Positions 1 to 9,356 of a DNA stretch of 32,000 bases are shown in pieces. Positions within the stretch are counted from its first letter, which is position 1. Each line of letters starts with the position of its first letter. The DNA is from Halomicronema hongdechloris C2206 (GTDB taxonomy: Bacteria; Cyanobacteriota; Cyanobacteriia; Phormidesmidales; Phormidesmidaceae): positions 3,000,001-3,032,000 of the forward strand of contig NZ_CP021983.2 of NCBI RefSeq assembly GCF_002075285.3. The letters run 5' to 3'. The notes under the pieces were generated by a model. The model made no database searches and had not been told where the DNA came from. It was given only the letters and a program-made list of their open reading frames with translations. The position numbers and the translations under genes were made by a program.

Positions 1-2485
1 CAATGCCAAAGACCTTGAGGGAGACTCCACAGGATATCTCGATAATGAAGAAGAAGGGATTGAACTGAAACAGGGCGTCAAAGCCGCAATGGCCTTCAAG
101 ATTAAAGACCTTAAAGCCAAAGAACAATTCTGCTCTGGCCCCCAATTGCACCGTATTAGAGGTGATGGCAAAGTAATTCATCACCCGAATCCGACCCCAG
201 GATTCGTTCAGGATATTGAGGGAAACCCGCTTGGGAGTGGGGAAGGGCAGCGGTGGCGGTGTGAACTGCGGGTGGAAGCCCCCCACACTAACCACGAAGT
301 TGCTGTCATTGCCCCAGGCAATGAGTAGCCCCATCTCTCCTTCAAGGGTGATAAAGAGGATCCGTGACTCAAAGAGACTGGCAAAGAAGTAGGCCCGCTG
401 CTTGTCAAACTCAAGGACACCAATGAAAAGAACCTTAAGTACGAGTAGGGGAACTCTTTCGTCTGGCAGCGCCACCTTGAGAATGCCCAAAATGGCAATG
501 TTGCCTGGAATCTCAAAGATGATACCAAGGGTAAAAGTAATCAGAGCCGGGGTTCCCCAACCCAGTTTGACCATGGGGCCAATCAGGAAGATTCCCTCTT
601 CTGGTGGGAAGAACTGCCGTAGATCACTGATAATCCTGGGTGCATTGACGATCACATTCCGTGGGAACATGATGCTCTCAGTTGCTCCGGTTCGAATGCC
701 TTCGGTTAAGGGTTCGGGCTTCATGGTGCGATTCAGCCCCAACAGACCCCCAACTCCCAGCAAGACAAAACCATACCCGAGCTGAAACCCTGAGCCAAAT
801 TCAGCAGAAAGGATCAGTAATAAGGAAAAGCCCTTAGAACCATCTGGCAGGCGCGTGGTGATCAGGCCAATTGCCGTAACGCTGACGATGCCAATCAGCT
901 CAAGGGATAGAATGCCATCGTACTGTTCTTTCTCGGGGTAAAAACGGAGGAAGCCGCCGCCTCTTATCACACCTGCATCTACTGCTAGCCCAACACCCTT
1001 AGGGGGGTTGAATCCAATATCTAAATCAACGGGACCAAGATTTCCATTCTGGTTCGCAGGGAAACTGAGATCTGCCCGCATGCCAATTTGTTCGATCGCC
1101 GCGATTAGAGGGCCAAAATTGGCATTGATATCAGCACTCAGGCTAATAGGAATCTCACTGGCATCAATCCCCACGCCAATAGTGATCGCCTTAACTTTGA
1201 CGACCCCAAGGTCAATATGAGCTGGCAATTGGACCAGTAAAGAACTGCTGCCATAGAAGAAAATGCCGTCTGGACCAGAAAAGCCAAAACCAAGATCAAA
1301 ATTGGATTCCAGTTTGATGTTCGACAAGATCCTAGTTAGGAAACCATCTCCTTGACTGAAATCAATGAGGAGTTTTCCGCCCTTAACTTCCCCGCCGATT
1401 GTGAAATCACCTATCGCTCGGTTTGCAGACGGATCCCAGGCAAAACCTATTCCTGCTCTCATGGACAGTTGTGTCGCTTCTAGGCGACTACCACCGGGTC
1501 GCCCCAAAATCAGGTAAGGATCACCGTTCTTATCGCCACCAATCCACTCTAAAAATGACTCCCCTTTGAGTTGTCCCGATGGAGGAATAAATGCAACCTT
1601 TCCATCAGGTTGGATGATTATTTCAACACCCGGCACCAGATCAGTATTTGAGATAAAGCGAATTATCCAGTCATCAAGTCCATACTCTTCACTGTCTACG
1701 ATGATCCGATCGAGCAAGGATAACTCTAATCCTTTAGGATTGATATTCGTTTCTGGTTTTGCTTCCAGATAAATTAAATCTAAGACGGGGGTGGCAGCTG
1801 TCTGATCGAAGATGGCAGGCACACCACTACGGTTCAATAATTTTTCGAGGGTGCTCAATAAACGAATGCCATCAAAAGAAGAACGACCCCAATCATAGAG
1901 GTTTTCAAGGTGTTCTCCGGGCCGACTAATAAAATGAGTGAATTGATTGAGCTTTATTTTTCGGCTGGTATAGGTGAAATCGCCAGATATATTTTCCTGC
2001 CGCTCAATGGCGTCTATAAATTCGAAGATCTCCGCCATTCCTGGCGTACCCTCTAAAGTTTTGATCACCAAATAGTCAAATATATTTTGGGGCAATTCAT
2101 TTGCAAATGCGTTTAATTCTGCCGCAGAAATTCCCGGCAGACTACCTCCTAAATTCTTGAGTTCGTCTGCAATACTTTGGAAGCTTTCAACCAGCGACTT
2201 GATTGTGCCAAACAAGTCAACGCCTAGGTTGGTAATTTTGGATAGATCTTCAGCCTCTATCGCTTGAATCAGGTCTGTGACCTGTCTAGGCAGCTGGGCT
2301 GCTCTAGTGACGGCTTTACCCAATACCCTCGTGAAGGCCGCTTTGGTTTCTAGCTCAGGTGGGAACTCCATCCCCAACTCTGCAAAGAAGAACCGTATTC
2401 TTCCCACTTGGAGTTCTTCTTGGAGTGGTTGGAATAATTTCGCCAACCATATGGCAATTGATTCTAGAGTTCCTGGAGTAGCCAT
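1..2485 (-). CDS. Giant beta-rich hypothetical protein (828 codons in window, C-terminal part continues beyond the left edge); resembles DUF6603-type proteins
   Basis: It is absent from the supplied ORF track because it has no stop inside the window. Hand translation of the minus strand from ATG 2485-2483 (MATPGTLESIAIWLAKLFQPLQEELQVGRIRFFFAELGMEFPPELETKAAFTRVLGKAVTRAAQLPRQVTDLIQAIEAEDLSK...) stays open to the window edge. I re-derived it codon by codon at 2278-2221 (TDLIQAIEAEDLSKITNLG), 1318-1201 (IKLESNFDLGFGFSGPDGIFFYGSSSLLVQLPAHIDLGV) and 118-2 (GFKVFNLEGHCGFDALFQFNPFFFIIEISCGVSLKVFGI). A helical N-terminus is followed by Gly/hydrophobic beta-rich modules (VDAGVIRGGGFLRFYPEKEQYDGILSLELIGIVSVTAIGL; VSVGGFHPQFTPPPLPFP). 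The DUF6603 label is recalled from similar annotated proteins, not from a search. Confidence 0.8.
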   Translation of the reverse strand, partial: MATPGTLESIAIWLAKLFQPLQEELQVGRIRFFFAELGMEFPPELETKAAFTRVLGKAVTRAAQLPRQVTDLIQAIEAEDLSKITNLGVDLFGTIKSLVESFQSIADELKNLGGSLPGISAAELNAFANELPQNIFDYLVIKTLEGTPGMAEIFEFIDAIERQENISGDFTYTSRKIKLNQFTHFISRPGEHLENLYDWGRSSFDGIRLLSTLEKLLNRSGVPAIFDQTAATPVLDLIYLEAKPETNINPKGLELSLLDRIIVDSEEYGLDDWIIRFISNTDLVPGVEIIIQPDGKVAFIPPSGQLKGESFLEWIGGDKNGDPYLILGRPGGSRLEATQLSMRAGIGFAWDPSANRAIGDFTIGGEVKGGKLLIDFSQGDGFLTRILSNIKLESNFDLGFGFSGPDGIFFYGSSSLLVQLPAHIDLGVVKVKAITIGVGIDASEIPISLSADINANFGPLIAAIEQIGMRADLSFPANQNGNLGPVDLDIGFNPPKGVGLAVDAGVIRGGGFLRFYPEKEQYDGILSLELIGIVSVTAIGLITTRLPDGSKGFSLLLILSAEFGSGFQLGYGFVLLGVGGLLGLNRTMKPEPLTEGIRTGATESIMFPRNVIVNAPRIISDLRQFFPPEEGIFLIGPMVKLGWGTPALITFTLGIIFEIPGNIAILGILKVALPDERVPLLVLKVLFIGVLEFDKQRAYFFASLFESRILFITLEGEMGLLIAWGNDSNFVVSVGGFHPQFTPPPLPFPTPKRVSLNILNESWGRIRVMNYFAITSNTVQLGARAELFFGFKVFNLEGHCGFDALFQFNPFFFIIEISCGVSLKVFGI

Positions 2486-2487
2486 GA

Positions 2488-3951
2488 TCAGTTCGTGAGT
2501 ATAGATGATTGCTGAATCTTCGCCTCAGCATCTAACTGCTCAATAACGTTGAGAAAATCTTCGGCAGTGCTGCAACGTTTGGTAACTTGAATGGCCTCTA
2601 AGGCATATTTTTGGATGTCTTCTCGCAGGGCTTCACTGCCATGCTCTTCTAACACAGCAGCCATACTCATTAGCAGGTTTTGCAATGAGACTCGATTGAT
2701 TTCAGAAGGGATGACATATTCCGGATTCTTCAGGCTGCGGCTCAATGCTGCCACAAAGGCTGGACCCTGTTTGCGCTGCCAGGTCACCATGACAGGACGA
2801 TGCTTATTCACTAACCTCAAGACTTCTTCTTGATGCGCATCAATAATTTTTTTGATTCTCTGGCCAGCCTGTGTTTCTTCTAACCGCTCTTCTATATATT
2901 CGAGCCAGATCTCATTTAGACCGTTTGAGCTAGCGTTAGGTGGTAAATCAGCTGAAGAGATTGAGATGGGAACTCTGCCAGGTATCGAGCTAGTTGTATT
3001 AATCGTAATCCCCAAGCTTATTTGAACTAGTTCTATATCGTTTGCGAAAGCTTGAGAATAATTGTTGGAAACCGCATATAGCAATGCAATAACTTCATTA
3101 TTATCATTAACGACTACAGAGCCCGAATCACCATGATACGCAAAAATATTGACTCCACTGACATAGTTGGTGCATCCCCCAGGATTGTCTGCAGGTCCCC
3201 CATTTGGATTGGGACGAATAGTAATTTCTGAAGTACCTGGATCAATGTAGCTTATTTCTCCAGATGTAAGACCTGTCGTTGAACCTCTTTTTCTTACACG
3301 TTCCCCAGAAACTGGCGAAGCTACTCCTGGAATCACTCCAGTACCTTGTATATTGCCTATTTCCAGAATTATATTTTTAAGTGAGATATCATCTTTGACT
3401 TTTGCGATCGCAGCATCTCGGATTTTGTCTTTATCGAAATTCTCAGCAATGACATTGGTTTTGCAGCACCAAGAGCACCCTACTAAAGGCTGTCCTATTT
3501 CATCCCCATCTTGCCCATATAAAACATGGTGGCAGCTAAGAATTACCCAGCTATCATCAGCATCAAGTTTGGCAAGGCAGCCTAATGTTCCGCCCCCACC
3601 AACCCCAGTATTTCTAAAGTTATTAATCCTAATTCCGCCCTTGATTGGGCGATAATTTCCTTCATCTTCAGCGCAAACTGCCAAGAGTATTTTGTTTTCC
3701 TGAATGACTATATCGGTTTTAATCCCCTCTACTTCTTTGGGAATTACCGCGTTCGATTCAAGATCAGCTTCGCTTTTCTTTTCTCTTACAATTATCTTGA
3801 TACATCCTTCCTCAGTCAATTGACCATCTATTTCCTTGATTCCTATTCCTACATTAACTACGTTAGGATAGCCTGCCAATACATCTTTGACTTTTTCATG
3901 TACTTTGAGAAGTTGTTCGTGTTGTCTAATCAGCTCTTCACGACTTTTCAT
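2488..3951 (-). CDS. Chymotrypsin-fold (S1 family) serine protease with N-terminal pro-region-like domain and ~150-aa helical C-terminal extension; no signal peptide
   Basis: 487-aa ORF with catalytic-triad contexts GTLGCLAKL...VILSCHHVL (His), IRDAAIAKV (Asp) and FAYHGDSGSVVV (GDSGS Ser), plus RKRGSTTGLTSGEI. The N-terminus MKSREELIRQHEQLLKVHEKV is hydrophilic with no export signal. The stop TGA (2490-2488) lies 2 nt before the ATG of the downstream giant ORF. Confidence 0.85.
   Translation of the reverse strand: MKSREELIRQHEQLLKVHEKVKDVLAGYPNVVNVGIGIKEIDGQLTEEGCIKIIVREKKSEADLESNAVIPKEVEGIKTDIVIQENKILLAVCAEDEGNYRPIKGGIRINNFRNTGVGGGGTLGCLAKLDADDSWVILSCHHVLYGQDGDEIGQPLVGCSWCCKTNVIAENFDKDKIRDAAIAKVKDDISLKNIILEIGNIQGTGVIPGVASPVSGERVRKRGSTTGLTSGEISYIDPGTSEITIRPNPNGGPADNPGGCTNYVSGVNIFAYHGDSGSVVVNDNNEVIALLYAVSNNYSQAFANDIELVQISLGITINTTSSIPGRVPISISSADLPPNASSNGLNEIWLEYIEERLEETQAGQRIKKIIDAHQEEVLRLVNKHRPVMVTWQRKQGPAFVAALSRSLKNPEYVIPSEINRVSLQNLLMSMAAVLEEHGSEALREDIQKYALEAIQVTKRCSTAEDFLNVIEQLDAEAKIQQSSILTN
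3404..3411. repeat. HIP1 octamer GCGATCGC (one example of many copies)
   Basis: Exact copies were located by eye at 3404, 4153, 5656, 6057, 10024, 11245, 12177, 19010, 21977, 22396, 26230, 26434, 27126 and 27416, with many more in 28-32 kb. The list is incomplete. HIP1 over-representation is a known cyanobacterial hallmark. Confidence 0.85.
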
Positions 3952-4016
3952 AATCAGTTTTATCCTTTACTAAAACTCCATTAGGAAAATTCATGATGAA
4001 GTCACTACCAGGCAAA

Positions 4017-4247
4017 TCACGAGTTTGTTTCCACTTTGAATTCAGACCTGGTTGCATCGATGTCTGAAATACTCTCATTCAGCATCCATTGGGGAGGAGC
4101 CGGCTTTTCGATCGCAAGGATGTTGGGAAAGTTGGTGCGGGTAGGAAGGTTGGCGATCGCAATTTCCCCAATCACGATATTGCCAGCCTGACCTGTGGGG
4201 AAATCCCAGATTCTTAGGGGATTTAAAGCCGTCTTAAAACCGAGCAT
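4017..4247 (-). CDS. Hypothetical small protein (76 aa), weakly supported
   Basis: ATG-initiated ORF on the same strand as the protease, 65 nt upstream of it, in an AT-rich region where long open frames are uncommon. It has no recognisable motif and no clear Shine-Dalgarno sequence. Confidence 0.25.
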   Translation of the reverse strand: MLGFKTALNPLRIWDFPTGQAGNIVIGEIAIANLPTRTNFPNILAIEKPAPPQWMLNESISDIDATRSEFKVETNS

Positions 4248-4946
4248 TAAACATCAATAGCTCAGGTTATGGAATCCCCTCCATCGACTCAGTTATCTCT
4301 CCTGAAGCAGTGAAGTTCCTTGTAGATTAATACCTAATTTTTCTAGAGAGATTAAACTCCTTGTAGCCAACCTTTTACTCAAGAGTATATTGAGCCTGGG
4401 AAATGATTTTTCTATAGAATACTCCTCAGCTTTAAAGAGTGAGATGTCGAAATTTAAAGGAATAGAAGATATCTCGAGACATCCCCAAAAAGTCACCTTC
4501 CGGATATGAAAGAATAGACTACTCTGCTCTGAAAATGATCTATTTTCAGAAAATTGCTATAATTGCATATATTGAATATATGCACATGCCTAAATGTAAT
4601 TTAGTTAGCAATTTTTGCTTCGCCTAAGGGCAATAAAGAAATAAAGATTCGTATATTTTCTCATTTGTTTATAAAACCCAAACCATCCTATCTTGTGGCC
4701 AGATTAATCGCCCTCTGAATCCCCCAGCCGCACCAGCCATGAGGAGATGCCTACGGTCTATCAGCAGTCGTTGGATCCCTGGTGTATTGTTCTGCTACTG
4801 ATCGTTAATTGCTGGGGCGACTGCGGCATTGGGTTGTACCCACAGATCGACACCGCCTCCAAGGCTCCGGCGAAGCCTCGCGCGGATGTCAGCACTGAGA
4901 GAACAGCCCAACTCGACATTCAGCCCCGTGAGCTCAAAGCTCTTAA

Positions 4947-7586
4947 TCACCCTAAGGCCTGCTGCAGCTGTTGCTTCGCTGCCGCCAGGGCCTCGGGCAG
5001 CTTGGCCGGATCGCGGCCCCCGGCCTGGGCCAGATTAGGCCGACCGCCGCCGCCGCCGCCACAGCGCTTAGCGATGCCGCCGATAAACTTACCGGCCTGC
5101 AGCTTGTGTTCAATCACCGCCGGGCTGAAGGCGGCCACCAGGCTCACCTTGCCCGCCTCGGGCACCGAGCCCAGCACCACCGCTGCCTCACCCAGCTTTT
5201 GTTGCAATCGCTCTGCCGCCGTCTTCAGGGCATCGGCACCGACCCCGGGTAACTCGGCGACTAACAGCTTCAGATTACCGACAGTCTCGGCCTGCTGCAG
5301 CAGCTGATCTGACTTCACCAGGGCCAATTCTGACCGCAGGCTATCTAGTTGTTTCTGGGCCGCCTTCAGGTCGTTCTGCAGGGTGGTGATGCGCTCTGGC
5401 AGCTCTTCTGGCTTGGCCTTGAAGCGCTCTGAGAGATCGCGCACCACCGCTTCCCGCAGGTTCAGGTATTCCAGCACCGCTGGACCTGCCACCGCTTCGA
5501 TGCGGCGAATGCCAGAAGCCACCCCGGTCTCGGAGATGATCTTGAACAGCCCGATCTCGGCGGTGTTGCCCACATGGGTGCCACCACACAGCTCCATGGA
5601 GACGCCAGGAAAATCGATCACCCGCACCTCGGCACTGTATTTCTCGCCGAACATTGCGATCGCACCCTTGGCCTTAGCGGTATCCAGGGGCATGATCGCC
5701 ACGTCGGCCTGGTGGCCCTCGGCGATCCAGGTATTCACCTGTTCCTCCACTTGCTGTAATTCCTCCGGCGTCAGGGGCCGCGGGCAATTGAAATCAAACC
5801 GCAGCCGATCGAAGGCCACCAAGGAACCCGCCTGGGAAATACTGTCATCCACGATCTTCTTCAGAGCCGCCTGCAGCAGATGGGTGGCCGTGTGATTAGC
5901 CTGGGCCCGCCGCCGGCAAGCCCGGTCGATCTGGGCCGTCACCCGGGCACCGGGAGTCGCGGTGCCCCGCTCCACCCGGCCCACATGCACGAAGATGTCC
6001 CCATCCTTCTGCACATCGTCGATGCGGATCACCAGCCCCTCGCCAGAGAGGTAGCCGCGATCGCCGATCTGCCCCCCAGACTCGGCATAGAACGGCGTCT
6101 GATCTAGAATCACCTGGACATCAGTGCCTGCTTCGGCTGCCTGGGCCAGCTCCCCCTGCACCAGCACCGCCACCACCTGGCTATAACTGCTGGCGTCGGT
6201 GTAGCCCAAGAAGTCAGTAGAGTGCACCTGTTCCGCCAACTTGTCTAGACTGCCCTGCACCGTCAGGTCGATGGTCTCGTGGGCCTGCTTGGAGCGCTGC
6301 CGCTGTTGCGCCATCTCGGCCTCGAAGCCCTCCATATCCACGGCGAGGCCGTGCTCGGCGGCAATCTCCTGGGTCAACTCCAGGGGAAAGCCATAGGTGT
6401 CGTAGAGCACGAAGGCATCTTGCCCCGAGATCTGCTGGCTGCGCCGCTGCAGGATCTCGGCCAATAGTTTCTCGCCCCGCTCCAGGGTCTCCAAAAAGCG
6501 GGCTTCTTCCCGAGTTAGCTCTGCCTCAATCACAGATTGTCGTTGACGCACAGCCGGATAGGCTTCCTCCGCCAGCCGAATCGCCGTCTCCACCACCTGG
6601 GTAATGAAGGCGCCTTCAATGCCGATCAGGCGGCCATGGCGCACCACCCGCCGGATTAACCGCCGCAGCACATAGCCTCGCCCCACATTGCTGGCAGTGA
6701 TACCATCGCCGATCATGTGCATCACGGCTCGGCTATGATCGCCGATCACCTTCAGCGACACCTTAGTCTTGTCGTCGCAGTCATGGTATTTGAGCCCAGC
6801 GATGGCTGCGGCTTTTTCGATAATCGGCAGGATCAGGTCGGTCTCGTAGTTATTGGGTACCTGCTGCAGGATCTGGGCCATGCGTTCTAACCCCAGCCCC
6901 GTATCGATGTTCTGATTCTGCAATGGCGTCAGCGTGCCCTCGGCATCCCGGTTGTACTGCATGAACACCAGGTTATAGAACTCGATGAAGCGGGAGTCGT
7001 CGTCTAGATCGATGGCCTCATCCCCCCGTTCCGGATGGAAATCGTAGTAGATCTCAGAACAGGGGCCGCAGGGACCGGTAGGGCCAGAACTCCAGAAGTT
7101 ATCGGCTTCCCCCATGCGGATGATGCGGTGGGGCGGCACTCCAATCTGGTCCCGCCAGATGGCAAAGGCGTCGTCGTCTTCCCGGAACACACTCACCACC
7201 AGACGCTCTGGGGGCAAGCCGAAGACCTCGGTGGAGAGTTCCCAGGCCCAGGCAATAGCTTCCTCTTTGAAGTAGTCCCCGAAGCTGAAGTTGCCCAACA
7301 TTTCAAAGAAGGTGTGGTGCCGGGCAGTGCGACCCACATTCTCGATGTCGTTGGTGCGAATGCATTTCTGGGAGGTGGTGGCTCGTGGCACCTCCGCTTC
7401 CCGCTGCCCCAGGAAGATCGGCTTAAATTGCAGCATGCCGGCAATGGTCAACAGCACCGTCGGATCCTCTGGCACCAGGGAGGCACTGGGCAGGATGCGA
7501 TGGCCCTTCTGCTCGTAAAAGGTTAGGAATGTCTGGCGAATGGAATCCCCGGTTTTAGCAACGGGTTGAGACGAAGGCATAGACAT
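4947..7586 (-). CDS. alaS: Alanine--tRNA ligase
   Basis: 879-aa ORF with AlaRS hallmarks: N-terminal [24 protein letters not shown] and [18 protein letters not shown], editing-domain [11 protein letters not shown] and MELCGGTHV, and a C-terminal [19 protein letters not shown]1-type tail. Confidence 0.98.
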   Translation of the reverse strand: MSMPSSQPVAKTGDSIRQTFLTFYEQKGHRILPSASLVPEDPTVLLTIAGMLQFKPIFLGQREAEVPRATTSQKCIRTNDIENVGRTARHHTFFEMLGNFSFGDYFKEEAIAWAWELSTEVFGLPPERLVVSVFREDDDAFAIWRDQIGVPPHRIIRMGEADNFWSSGPTGPCGPCSEIYYDFHPERGDEAIDLDDDSRFIEFYNLVFMQYNRDAEGTLTPLQNQNIDTGLGLERMAQILQQVPNNYETDLILPIIEKAAAIAGLKYHDCDDKTKVSLKVIGDHSRAVMHMIGDGITASNVGRGYVLRRLIRRVVRHGRLIGIEGAFITQVVETAIRLAEEAYPAVRQRQSVIEAELTREEARFLETLERGEKLLAEILQRRSQQISGQDAFVLYDTYGFPLELTQEIAAEHGLAVDMEGFEAEMAQQRQRSKQAHETIDLTVQGSLDKLAEQVHSTDFLGYTDASSYSQVVAVLVQGELAQAAEAGTDVQVILDQTPFYAESGGQIGDRGYLSGEGLVIRIDDVQKDGDIFVHVGRVERGTATPGARVTAQIDRACRRRAQANHTATHLLQAALKKIVDDSISQAGSLVAFDRLRFDFNCPRPLTPEELQQVEEQVNTWIAEGHQADVAIMPLDTAKAKGAIAMFGEKYSAEVRVIDFPGVSMELCGGTHVGNTAEIGLFKIISETGVASGIRRIEAVAGPAVLEYLNLREAVVRDLSERFKAKPEELPERITTLQNDLKAAQKQLDSLRSELALVKSDQLLQQAETVGNLKLLVAELPGVGADALKTAAERLQQKLGEAAVVLGSVPEAGKVSLVAAFSPAVIEHKLQAGKFIGGIAKRCGGGGGGRPNLAQAGGRDPAKLPEALAAAKQQLQQALG

Positions 7587-7625
7587 GGAGCTTCTGGAGC
7601 AGACTGCAACTCTAGGGTGACTATA

Positions 7626-7653
7626 GCAACCGCCACACGCTTTGTGCGGTTGC
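7626..7653 (-). promoter_or_regulatory. Stem-loop in the probable alaS 5' leader
   Basis: gcaaccgc (7626-7633) pairs with gcggttgc (7646-7653), extendable by cac/gtg with one bulge. It lies about 40 nt upstream of the alaS start codon on the transcribed strand. A second 8-bp inverted repeat cagtcagc...gctgactg follows at ~7659-7714. Function unknown. Confidence 0.25.
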
Positions 7654-8185
7654 CAGCCAGTCAGCCCTTTAGGGGGGCATGGATTCCAGGCTCAGCTGCA
7701 TCCGGAGCTGACTGGCCAATGCAACATATTAACAGTATTGACGTTTCTTTCCATTTTGCCCGATGGCCGGGTGATCTGACTGCCAGCCTCGGCATTCTTC
7801 TAAGGAATCCCCGCAATTTTACGGAGGACATTAGGGGAGGCTACCTAGTGTTAAGCTCCACGGCTCAGGCAAATTGACGGGACTCTTGGTATTTTCCCCG
7901 ATAAGGTCCTTAGACATCCCCAAACTTCTACGTAGATAGTCTGTAAAAATATCACATCCTGATTTCGGCAACTCCGCTGTGTTCAGCCACCCCCAGAGTT
8001 AGTACAACAGGGGTAGAAGGCTACGATAAAGTATCCGCATATTCACGGGACAGGCGTTGATCGTGATAACTACCGGCATCTTCGAGGTGGTTGTGCGCCG
8101 GATAGCTCCTGGGTGTGCCCCTCTCACCCGTTCATGATGCTATCTGCTGTCGATCGATTGGCTGGCTCACGGTTCCCTAAGTGGA

Positions 8186-9265
8186 GTGCCTGCGGTATCT
8201 ATTCAGTCTCCTACCGGTCTAGAACCATCGCCGCTGGATTTAGCCGGTTCAACGGAAATGTCGGCAACGCCGGCCAGGGTTGCCGGATTACCCATCTCTG
8301 CAATGACCTTATCGACGCTATTGGTTGGGGAGTCACAGTTTATCCAGCAATGGATGAATCGATTGCCACGACTGGCGTCTCTCCTGCCTGAGGCAGCCTC
8401 CAGTATGAGTGGCGCCCAGGCGACAATGCAGACCACCCCGCCAGATTTAGTGATTTTGCAAGGCAGCTGGCCCCAAACGCTCTGCCTGTGTGACTGGATT
8501 AAACAGCAGTCATCCCCCGGCCAGAACTACTGCTTGGTGTTGGATGATCGGCCCTGTGAGGTAGGAGTTGATGGCTGCGAGGCTCTGCAGTGCTACCGGC
8601 AATCCCTAGCTGCCGCCCTGGCTGCCCATGCCGATGCTTATCTGTGGATTCCCGAGGGGGAGATGACGCAGGACTTAGAGATGCTGCTGCGGTTACAGCT
8701 CCAGGCAGGTCTAGATCAGATCGATGCTCACCGTAAACTGACGCGAGCCAATGATTTACTCTCGGCCATCGCCCTGGTGGATGCCTTGACCCAATTGCAG
8801 AATCGGCGGGCCTTTGATTGGGAATTGTCGCGCCAGGTTGAGCAGGCTCGGCAACAACAGCTGCCATTGAGTCTGCTGATGTTGGATCTCGATCACTTCA
8901 AGGCGGTGAATGATGGCTATGGTCATCTGGTCGGGGATCAGGTGCTGCAGATGGTGGCCCAACGCCTGCGCCATGGACTGCGCTTTCACGAAATGCCCTA
9001 TCGCTACGGCGGTGAGGAGTTCGTGATCATCCTCAAGGAGACTAACAGTGAGGCAGCGCTAATCGTGGCTCAGCGGTTGTGCAATCGCATCGGCCAGCAT
9101 CCCCTCATCCTCAACGACGATGGCCTGGAAATTCCCCTAACGATCAGCATCGGCGTGGCCAGTCTTAGCAGTGAGGACGATGCCCAGGGCACGAGTCTGC
9201 TGGAGCGGGCCGATGACAATTTGCTGCGGGCTAAGGCCGCCGGTCGCAACCGGGTGGTGGCCTAG
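8186..9265 (+). CDS. Diguanylate cyclase (GGDEF domain, GGEEF active site) with N-terminal degenerate receiver-like domain; start uncertain (GTG 8186, ATG 8258 or ATG 8303)
   Basis: The C-terminal half has the GGDEF-domain pattern DALTQLQNRRAF...LSLLMLDLDHFKAVNDGYGHLVGDQVL...YRYGGEEFVIIL...SIGVA...ADDNLLRAKAAGRNRV. The N-terminal region MTLSTLLVGES...PDLVILQGSWP looks receiver-like, but the usual phospho-acceptor Asp position reads Gln. Confidence 0.88.
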   Translation: MPAVSIQSPTGLEPSPLDLAGSTEMSATPARVAGLPISAMTLSTLLVGESQFIQQWMNRLPRLASLLPEAASSMSGAQATMQTTPPDLVILQGSWPQTLCLCDWIKQQSSPGQNYCLVLDDRPCEVGVDGCEALQCYRQSLAAALAAHADAYLWIPEGEMTQDLEMLLRLQLQAGLDQIDAHRKLTRANDLLSAIALVDALTQLQNRRAFDWELSRQVEQARQQQLPLSLLMLDLDHFKAVNDGYGHLVGDQVLQMVAQRLRHGLRFHEMPYRYGGEEFVIILKETNSEAALIVAQRLCNRIGQHPLILNDDGLEIPLTISIGVASLSSEDDAQGTSLLERADDNLLRAKAAGRNRVVA

Positions 9266-9356
9266 GACGCTGGGGCAGACATAATATTTCTTATTGACTA
9301 GCGCAGCAAGACTAAAACTTATCAAGATTTCCCTGTCTGCCTTCTGCCTTGGCCGA

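Noticed and set aside
680-705. tRNA T-loop-like string ggttcgaat
   Set aside because: The flanking bases do not form a T stem or acceptor stem, and the string lies inside the giant ORF.
89-2498. Short plus-strand and off-frame ORFs from the track (89-328, 208-528, 402-785, 1008-1220, 1566-1772, 2277-2498)
   Set aside because: All lie inside the uninterrupted minus-strand reading frame of 828 codons ending at ATG 2485. They have no motifs and are shadow ORFs.
4293-4496. 67-codon minus-strand ORF upstream of the 76-aa ORF
   Set aside because: It has a GTG start with no spacing to any Shine-Dalgarno-like sequence and no recognisable motif. Its only support is being open in AT-rich DNA, so it is not reported as a feature.
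4795-4950. 51-codon GTG-initiated frame overlapping the alaS stop ([51 protein letters not shown])
   Set aside because: It is too short and has no ATG, RBS or motif. It could be the relic of a truncated backbone gene but cannot be supported from sequence alone.
4747-7877. Many 60-190-aa ORFs overlapping alaS on either strand (e.g. 4747-5307, 5383-5895, 7035-7526, 7566-7877)
   Set aside because: They are typical antisense or off-frame open frames of GC-rich coding DNA (Arg/Ala/Pro/Gly-rich). alaS explains the region.
9274-9341. Inverted repeat ggcagaca...tgtctgcc between the convergent GGDEF and metallopeptidase genes as a bidirectional terminator
   Set aside because: The loop would be ~52 nt and there are no flanking T/A tracts, so it is not a credible intrinsic terminator.
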